NCBI RefSeq assembly: GCF_022129425.1
Contig: NZ_JADQAN010000003.1
Coordinates: 155,210-187,209, forward strand
Length of the DNA stretch: 32,000 nucleotides
Direction of reading: 5' to 3'
Origin: Psychrobacter sp. Ps1
GTDB taxonomy: Bacteria; Pseudomonadota; Gammaproteobacteria; Pseudomonadales; Moraxellaceae
Under the pieces are notes generated by a model. It was not told the DNA's origin and searched no databases. It saw only the letters and a program-made list of their open reading frames with translations. The position numbers were made by a program, and so were the translations under genes. The stretch's first letter is position 1. Every line of letters begins with the position of its first letter. This document shows positions 14,099-20,410 of this stretch, piece by piece.

Positions 14099-16338
14099 CC
14101 CCGAACGATTTCATCTGTTACAAGTTCGCTGCCATGTGTTACATCATTTTTTGTATTATTTGCCGCTTTTTTGCCGTTACACACACTTGCATTACTAGTG
14201 AGGGGGTTTCTAAGTGTTACACCGTTACAACCCTTGTCCTGTGGGGCTTTCGGCTGATTTCTAAGTGTTACATCATCTACCTTTGTAACGCTTCGGTTTT
14301 CGCTGTATCCCTTGCTATTATTAGCTTGTAACGTTGTAACACTTCGAATAGGGGCATCTGGCAAGTAACGCTTAAAAGCATCTTGAAAATAGGCAATATC
14401 GTAACCCCTTCTATTACCATTAGCAGTTCGCATCTGCTTTGGTGAAATACCGTATTCACCTAAACGGTTGGATACTTGCTTTTGTGTGATTGGCTTACCT
14501 CGATTATAGGTTGCCCAATTCATTTCAGGATCAGCGCATAAAGCAGTTATTAAATCGTCACTAAATATACGTGTGGCTTTTTTTAGCTCAAACACGGCTT
14601 TAATATCCATGAGTAACTGCTCATTTAAGCTCGGCTCATCGTGTTCAATACCCGATATTTCGATACAAGCATCATTAGCACGTTTGAGCCAGTCATCACC
14701 TAGTACCGCCGCAACCTTTAGCAGTATCTCCCAGTTATCTTGCATACGGTCGTTTATGGCTTGCGGTAGTGTCGGCGTGACCTCTTTAACAATTAGTAAA
14801 TTATCATCACTCCATCTTGCCAGCTTTGCTTTGATAGTGTTTGTAGTATCACGTGATAAGTCGCGCACACGGTCTCTATGCTCATTGTTGAGCTTGCGGC
14901 GTAGCGTCAAACTAATTGATCTATCCATTAATGTACTAGGTATTTTCCCAATGCCTGATAGCGCTTTTGCACCATAGACATAAAACTCTTTTGGTTCGTT
15001 ATCATCACCAGCACAGCGGATAATATAAGGATTGTCACGGCTGTGCCCTGCATTCAATACGCCGCGCAAGTCCTCATTATCATTCACAAAAGTATCAACT
15101 TCATCAATAATCAATGTGGGATTATATTTTTCAATACAGCGAAACAACGCCGCCGCTGTAATATTAGACGATGGTAAGGATCGCTTACTCATTAATGCTA
15201 TCAGTGTTAGCAGTTGAGATTTACCACACCGCTTCTCAGGGGCATTAATCCATGCAATAGGTGCTATGTGACTGGCTTCGATTACCCATGTAAAGATAAT
15301 CCATAAGGTTGAGGCAATCGCTACCGCATCAGTGCAAGCGATATGCTGCGTCACTAACTGATATATCTCATTAGCCACCGCTGCCCCATCAACTGGCTTT
15401 TGGTAAGGCTCAGTATCAATCACAAGACTTTTAGTTGTTTCAGCTTCTAGCTCAGTTCTAGCTTGCTTGACCAACTTATCAAGTGTACCTACTGACATAT
15501 TATTCAATGCTTTGGCGGACTCGCTACGCCTTAATTGATATTCAAGCTCAGGCAGTGCCGCCAGTTGTTCGATGATACTTTGCGCTAACTCAGGCGTTAC
15601 TTGCTCACCCTCATATGGTAAAATTAAGCTTGATGGCTCGGCTATGTCATCTGCTAAAAGACTTACAAGCTGCTCATCTTTAAAGATGGGTAGCTTTTTT
15701 ATTGCATCGACTAGATCATCGTTTGTCATATCAGGCTTAGCTTGCCGCTGTATTGCCACCCAGTCCACAATATCGCCTTTCTCAGGCAGTCCTAGATTAT
15801 CAATATCTATAACCTGAACATCACAATCAAGCTGGCTTAGCGTCTGATACAGCGCGGTAAGCCACTTCGCGCCAGCATCATCATTATCAGCCCACAAGCA
15901 CACGCTGCGAGCCTTTAGCGGCTCCCAGTGATACTTATCAATTTGTGTACTACCGCCCGATGTGGTGGCGATAAGGCCCAGTGATTGGGCAAGCTCGGCT
16001 TTTTGCTCACCCTCAAAAATATAGACCATTGATGAAGCATCACGCGCTAGGTCGTGAAGTAAGTAAAGCGGCTTTTTGCCGCCACCCTCAGGATAAACGA
16101 TACTAAAATCAGGATCTTTCATTTGCCATTTACCGCTACTATCTTGACTGATAGAACGAATGTACTTATCACCAGTATTAAGGTTCTTTAACCTCGGTTT
16201 GAAGCAAAGACAAGCGCCGTCCTTGTCAGTGTAGATATGCAAGTGAGTAGCAGTAAATCCCTTATCTTTTTGAGACTGGGTAACTTGTGCGGCGTATGCT
16301 TTAGCCGCTTCAATAGTTTTTGTATTATCTATCATCAT
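14089..16338 (-). CDS. Toprim-domain / DUF3631-type P-loop replication protein (primase-associated), 749 aa
   Basis: Toprim-like segment YIFEGEQKAE...CLWADNDDAG. P-loop APEKRCGKSQ with Walker B-like TLIIDEVD in a DUF3631-like core (VDGAAVANEIYQLVTQHI...). The C-terminal tail is low-complexity. The ATGA overlaps the stop of the upstream zinc-finger ORF. Confidence 0.82.
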   Translation of the reverse strand: MMIDNTKTIEAAKAYAAQVTQSQKDKGFTATHLHIYTDKDGACLCFKPRLKNLNTGDKYIRSISQDSSGKWQMKDPDFSIVYPEGGGKKPLYLLHDLARDASSMVYIFEGEQKAELAQSLGLIATTSGGSTQIDKYHWEPLKARSVCLWADNDDAGAKWLTALYQTLSQLDCDVQVIDIDNLGLPEKGDIVDWVAIQRQAKPDMTNDDLVDAIKKLPIFKDEQLVSLLADDIAEPSSLILPYEGEQVTPELAQSIIEQLAALPELEYQLRRSESAKALNNMSVGTLDKLVKQARTELEAETTKSLVIDTEPYQKPVDGAAVANEIYQLVTQHIACTDAVAIASTLWIIFTWVIEASHIAPIAWINAPEKRCGKSQLLTLIALMSKRSLPSSNITAAALFRCIEKYNPTLIIDEVDTFVNDNEDLRGVLNAGHSRDNPYIIRCAGDDNEPKEFYVYGAKALSGIGKIPSTLMDRSISLTLRRKLNNEHRDRVRDLSRDTTNTIKAKLARWSDDNLLIVKEVTPTLPQAINDRMQDNWEILLKVAAVLGDDWLKRANDACIEISGIEHDEPSLNEQLLMDIKAVFELKKATRIFSDDLITALCADPEMNWATYNRGKPITQKQVSNRLGEYGISPKQMRTANGNRRGYDIAYFQDAFKRYLPDAPIRSVTTLQANNSKGYSENRSVTKVDDVTLRNQPKAPQDKGCNGVTLRNPLTSNASVCNGKKAANNTKNDVTHGSELVTDEIVRGCL
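14117..14405. repeat. Array of 11 GTWAC motifs (6 GTTAC then 5 GTAAC), including a 15-bp repeat TTTCTAAGTGTTACA x2, candidate iteron origin
   Basis: GTTAC starts at 14117, 14138, 14176, 14216, 14224 and 14267. GTAAC starts at 14285, 14328, 14336, 14365 and 14401. TTTCTAAGTGTTACA is at 14207-14221 and 14258-14272 (51-bp spacing). Confidence 0.6.
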
Positions 16339-16694
16339 GCCCCCTCAATCAGCTGTAATGCGCGACAAGCGTCTATAAAACTAACGCTATGCCATTGCAT
16401 ATAAAACCCGATACGGTCGCCAGTAGCGCCGCAAGCGTGGCATTTATAGCCGCCATGCTCTCGGCTTACGCCCATTGAAGCGTGTTTGTCATCATGAAAG
16501 GAACACTTGACCATCTGCCAACCGCGACCGCCTTTGATTTCAATATTAAATTGACGGTAAAAGTCGCTCGGATTGGGCAGCCGCGACTTGTTGACCTTGC
16601 CGCGCTTTGCGGCTTTGGTGTTTGGTTGCGCTGTCTGTGCTGATTGTGATTGCTGCTTGAGGCTTGATAAGTGATTACGGATAAAGTGGCTCAT
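16335..16694 (-). CDS. CHC2 zinc-finger (DnaG/primase N-terminal type) protein, 119 aa
   Basis: KCSFHDDKHASMGVSREHGGYKCHACGATGDRIGFY is a CHC2 primase zinc finger. The start was set at ATG 16694, preceded by AAGGAGGG, and overlaps the previous ORF's stop (TAATG). The track's 5' extension to 16766 was rejected. Confidence 0.8.
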   Translation of the reverse strand: MSHFIRNHLSSLKQQSQSAQTAQPNTKAAKRGKVNKSRLPNPSDFYRQFNIEIKGGRGWQMVKCSFHDDKHASMGVSREHGGYKCHACGATGDRIGFYMQWHSVSFIDACRALQLIEGA

Positions 16695-16903
16695 TATGTG
16701 CCCTCCTTTGCCATCGCCTGCGCGGTGTCGTCTGTCATCGCAATGACAAGCGGCATTGGCTGGCACGATGGCATAATCAGCATCAAAAACAAGGCAATCA
16801 GCGCAAGCAGTGGTACCAGCACACGCCTTGTAAAAGGACGTGATGATGGCGCAGTAGCGGCGCTGTGGTGTGTGGGGTGTGGTTTAGTATGGTCATCATG
16901 CAT
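16694..16903 (-). CDS. Small predicted membrane protein (about 69 aa), function unknown
   Basis: It has a single hydrophobic helix, RRVLVPLLALIALFLMLIMP. The ATG at 16903 overlaps the end of orf91, and its stop overlaps the zinc-finger start. It is supported only by operon coupling. Confidence 0.45.
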   Translation of the reverse strand: MHDDHTKPHPTHHSAATAPSSRPFTRRVLVPLLALIALFLMLIMPSCQPMPLVIAMTDDTAQAMAKEGT

Positions 16904-17171
16904 CGCTTGATACCTCCATTTGTGGTAGTAATACAAGCTCGCTTAGCATGATGCTAATTTCGGCGGCGTACTTATGATTAGCCAGTAGCGCGGTGCGAAC
17001 GGCAACCACGATGCCCTTTGATGCTGGGTCGTGGATTTCAATCATGTTCAGCGCATAGGCAAGGCTTTCACAATCGCTTGCTACGTCCTGAACACAGTCG
17101 TTGATATACTCGATTTGGTGGCTATCGGCTGCCACAAGGCGCGGCGCTAGAATACCGTTTGATTGGCTCAT
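16896..17171 (-). CDS. Hypothetical acidic protein, 91 aa
   Basis: The ORF start overlaps the alpA stop (TAATG). I recognised no motif. Confidence 0.55.
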   Translation of the reverse strand: MSQSNGILAPRLVAADSHQIEYINDCVQDVASDCESLAYALNMIEIHDPASKGIVVAVRTALLANHKYAAEISIMLSELVLLPQMEVSSDA

Positions 17172-17404
17172 TACGCGCCCTCCCCATCATTGGCGGCGGT
17201 CTGAGCTTCAAGCCACTCAATCACGTCTTTATTGCGCCATGCGGTGATACCACCCGTTACGCGGATTGGTTGGGGAAATTGACCAGATTTTGCAAACTTC
17301 CATAAGCTGGCGCGTCCGAATGGTAGTAGAGGCAAAATATCTTTGGCACGTGATAAGCCTTGCGGCGGTAGGATGTGATTTTGTTCTAAATTTTTATCTT
17401 TCAT
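17171..17404 (-). CDS. alpA: AlpA-family (MerR-like winged HTH) phage/island transcriptional regulator or excisionase
   Basis: 77 aa. LSRAKDILPLLPFGRASLWKFAKSGQFPQPIRVTGGITAWRNKDVIEWL matches the AlpA/Phage_AlpA pattern. Confidence 0.85.
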   Translation of the reverse strand: MKDKNLEQNHILPPQGLSRAKDILPLLPFGRASLWKFAKSGQFPQPIRVTGGITAWRNKDVIEWLEAQTAANDGEGA

Positions 17405-18051
17405 AGGGTGACTCTCTTAATATAATTTAATAAATTACGTGCCAGCCACAAATAAAAAGGTATAAGAGACCTACTCCGCCTCGATATGGTTGAAGCAGAA
17501 TAAAGGTAAACCGATATTTTTTGTAAGCGACTGAACGCTATATTGGACGTATGATTACGTCATTAAGAGAGGGGAAATGATACCTATTAGGGATATTTAG
17601 CAGTTGCCAAAGAGAAACTGTCTTGGCATTATAGGTGTGTATTTATTATAAATAAATAATAAATACCTAAGCCTACTAAAGACAAATCCCTGATATAGCT
17701 CATCCCTCTCTTTTTTTGGTGATTGGTTATGTCATGGTTTTACTCCTCTTTGTTGGTTCTCATAAAATAGGTGGGCGGTAAGTTGCTCTCTAGTCGCCAA
17801 ACTTATCAAGCGACTTATCCGCTCCACTCTATTCACTTTTCAATACCTATATTTATTCATACTATGCATGAATATTCATAAGAATAGTGTCCTGTACTAA
17901 GTAAGACTAATTTACATTGTTTTAGCCTAAATTTCTATTGTACTCAAGGTAGTAACTCACTCCAAATTATCGAAAATCTATATGCAGTAAGCATTAGACA
18001 AGCAAAAAGATATGAAAAATAATTTTTTCGATGTTTGAAAAGTAATTTTTA

Positions 18052-19368
18052 TCATACAGTTTTGATATCATTTTGCCTCATTCTCGGCATTTTTATCACA
18101 TTATCTGTCTTACCAGTTTTTAAGTTATCAATATAATCTGACCACTCTTGCATCATCTGCGAGCGCTCCTCTACAAACTCCCACCTATCATAAGCGGTGC
18201 CGTTTGGGTCTCTAGTGATATGTCCCAGCGCCATCTCAATCACATCCTTATCATACTTGAGCTTGTGCCTGAGCATGGTTCTAGCAGATGCCCTAAAGCC
18301 GTGGGCGCAGTGTGTGCCTTGATACCCTAACGACTTTAGCGCGTCATTGGCGGCGTTCTCGTTGATGATGTTGTTCTTGGTTGCCGTATCGCTATGAAAT
18401 ACATAGTCAGTGTGACCAGTGATAGCTTGCTGCGCTTTTAGTATCTCAACCGCTTGCCGTGATAGAGGCACAATCATGTCTTTTACCATGCGTAGCTTGC
18501 TGGCTCCGTGTCCTTTCATCGGTTGTAAATCAATCTGCGCCATATCAAGGTTAACATCCGACCAGCGCAGGCGGCGCAAGTCACCATTACGGATAAATAG
18601 CAGTGATAGCAGCTTGATAGAGTGAAAGACGCTGTCGTGAACAGTACCTTTTAGTGTCTCAACATCACGCATCAGCTGCCCAAATTCTGACGGAGTGGTA
18701 ATAGATGGGCGGTTGCCGTATCGGTAGCTATCAAGCATTGGCTTAACAATTCTTGCGGGGTCATTGGTAGCATAGCCGTGTACGATTGCATGATTAAATA
18801 TATCGCTAGCAATCACAGCACACCTATCCGCTTTATCGGTTGGTGTACCATCATCTTTTAGTGAATTGGCTTGAATATCTCTTAATACTTCAAGCATTTG
18901 CAGCGGCTCAATATCTCCGATAGGTGTATCGCCTAAATATGAACATAACAACTCATAACGTCCATGCTTGCGCTTCAAGGTAGTAGCTTTCTGCTTGTTT
19001 TTTAGCTGCTCAAAATGATGCCACGCGACTTTTTCAAAGGTGCTGGCAAGTGATTTATGCTCGTCTTTGATTTGCTGCTCACGGTGAGCTTTGGGGTCGA
19101 TGCCTTGTTGTAGCAGCTGCTCATATTCAAGGCGCATGGCGGTAGCGTGAGCGAGAGTAACGGCTGGATAGCTGCCCAGTGATAGCTTGTGCTTAGATTT
19201 CATGACCGGATGAGTATAACGATATAGCCACAGCTTTGCGCCTGAGGCGTTGACGCGTAGAAATAGCTTAGGATGACCTGAGACCTTGCAGAGTATTTCG
19301 CCTTTGGTTGGCGGCATGATGCTCTTAATGGTTCTATCAGATTTGATAGTAATAGATTTGGTCGTCAT
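18052..19368 (-). CDS. int: Tyrosine recombinase/integrase, P4-like (DUF4102-type N-terminal arm-binding domain)
   Basis: N-terminus LFLRVNASGAKLWLYRYTHPVMKSKHKLSLGSYPAVTLAHA. Catalytic region LRWSDV..., HGFRASARTML, ALGH and a downstream Y (AYDR). The start was trimmed to ATG 19368 (MTTKSITIK); the track start at 19413 is a GTG extension. Confidence 0.92.
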   Translation of the reverse strand: MTTKSITIKSDRTIKSIMPPTKGEILCKVSGHPKLFLRVNASGAKLWLYRYTHPVMKSKHKLSLGSYPAVTLAHATAMRLEYEQLLQQGIDPKAHREQQIKDEHKSLASTFEKVAWHHFEQLKNKQKATTLKRKHGRYELLCSYLGDTPIGDIEPLQMLEVLRDIQANSLKDDGTPTDKADRCAVIASDIFNHAIVHGYATNDPARIVKPMLDSYRYGNRPSITTPSEFGQLMRDVETLKGTVHDSVFHSIKLLSLLFIRNGDLRRLRWSDVNLDMAQIDLQPMKGHGASKLRMVKDMIVPLSRQAVEILKAQQAITGHTDYVFHSDTATKNNIINENAANDALKSLGYQGTHCAHGFRASARTMLRHKLKYDKDVIEMALGHITRDPNGTAYDRWEFVEERSQMMQEWSDYIDNLKTGKTDNVIKMPRMRQNDIKTV

Positions 19369-19388
19369 GTGAACGTGTACCCTCAGCC

Positions 19389-19414
19389 TTAGCGTGTACA
19401 TCGCAGTGTACACT
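19389..19414 (+). repeat. 26-bp motif TTAGCGTGTACATCGCAGTGTACACT (right copy) immediately upstream of int
   Basis: 25/26 identical to 6542-6567. A third GTGTAC lies at 19375-19380. It sits 21-46 nt upstream of the int ATG. Confidence 0.5.
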
Positions 19415-19461
19415 ATGACACTAGATTGAGGTGAACATCTTTAGACCGATTTAGACAGTAA

Positions 19462-19501
19462 ACAAAAAGCCCTTACTCTAGAAACCTTTAAAATAAGGGC
19501 T
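19462..19501 (-). terminator. Hairpin + T-run on the minus strand between attR and int
   Basis: Minus strand reads AGCCCTTA-(18-nt loop)-TAAGGGCT followed by TTTTTGTTT. Confidence 0.45.
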
Positions 19502-19562
19502 TCACGATTAGATATTAGATTGTTACAGATTGTTATGGACAATGGAGCAAAATATTTATGGT

Positions 19563-19582
19563 TCCGACCACTGGTACCAATA
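19563..19582 (+). repeat. attR core (direct repeat copy 2, duplicate of the tRNA-Leu 3' end)
   Basis: Identical 20-mer to 6474-6493. Coordinates were cross-checked against the frame of track ORF 19530..19760. Confidence 0.8.
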
Positions 19583-19595
19583 TTTAGTACAAACT

Positions 19596-19620
19596 AGCCT
19601 CCTTTATCGGAGGTTTTTTT
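19596..19620 (+). terminator. Presumed native tRNA-Leu terminator, displaced by the island insertion
   Basis: AGCCTCCTTTATCGGAGGTTTTTTT begins 13 nt after the attR core. Confidence 0.55.
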
Positions 19621-19658
19621 GTGCTTATTATATTTGTTTTAACAAATTCCTAGCTTGT

Positions 19659-19904
19659 TTATATCGATACTTCAAATGGCATGACAGCGCTTATCTTAAT
19701 CGGTACCGCATAACTCCATGGCATGCCAGCACTACAATAAAAATACCCATCATTAAATGACACAATATAAGCGGTAAAATCATTACCACACTGATCCATC
19801 ATCGCTTGTTCATCGCTTTCATCACACACTGCGCACCATATTTTTTTATCACCCCGCGCTAGCATTGCTCGTGTCAAATCGCTCCCTTTTAATTCATGAC
19901 TCAT
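19659..19904 (-). CDS. Hypothetical small protein (81 aa)
   Basis: Track ORF trimmed to ATG 19904, preceded by AAGGAG at good spacing. I recognised no family. Confidence 0.5.
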   Translation of the reverse strand: MSHELKGSDLTRAMLARGDKKIWCAVCDESDEQAMMDQCGNDFTAYIVSFNDGYFYCSAGMPWSYAVPIKISAVMPFEVSI

Positions 19905-20410
19905 TATCAGCTCCTTAATTATCTTGAACTTTCTCATTACTATTTTTTTAGAAAGTTAATTTACCAGTATTCAATTCATAAGTTTGGTATGAGCTATAAA
20001 CAATGTCTTATCAGGTAAATACAATTCCTATAAAAGACCATTTATTACTTTCATAACTATTGATTATCGTGGTTAATATATTGTAAAACGATAGCATTAG
20101 AACTGTAATATACAACTATAATATTCATGATGGAAGGCGATAATATTCAGACAGGCGGTATGGAAAATCTGAAAAACTTGAGGTATGCGCCATACAGAAT
20201 ATATATTAGTGAACATATGTTAACCATATTTAATCTATTAGTATTTTAACGCCATATATCTCTGACTATTAACCTTACACTATATTTAATTATTGATATA
20301 TAAATTATTCACATATTGCCATATTTTTATGGTTCTATATTCGAAAAATCTCTTTATAGTTTAATAATCGATACTGAAACAGAAGTATTGAGTGATGTAA
20401 AATATCAACC

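Larger units (their letters stand above)
6474..19582. mobile_element. About 13.1-kb integrated genomic island at the tRNA-Leu(CAA) 3' end (integrase + AlpA + primase/replication module + type I R-M cargo)
   Basis: A perfect 20-bp direct repeat TCCGACCACTGGTACCAATA occurs at 6474-6493 (the tRNA 3' end) and 19563-19582. The tyrosine integrase gene starts about 195 bp inside the right repeat. All island genes are co-oriented on the minus strand. Confidence 0.85.

Noticed and set aside
16695-16766. 5' extensions offered by the ORF track (the zinc-finger ORF to 16766, tatD to 1472, trmO to 5072, int to 19413, infA to 28692, FimV-C to 24756, orf at 19937, small membrane ORF to 16936).
   Set aside because: The extensions start at non-ATG or poorly placed codons and add residues that do not match the families. 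Internal ATGs have better RBS spacing and coincide with conserved N-termini or with translational-coupling overlaps.
20090-20400. LexA/SOS box (CTGT-N8-ACAG) upstream of dinB.
   Set aside because: The best candidates (AACTGTAATATACAACTATA at about 20100, and TACTGAAACAGAAGTAT at about 20371) lack the second ACAG half-site at the correct spacing. No SOS-box claim is made.
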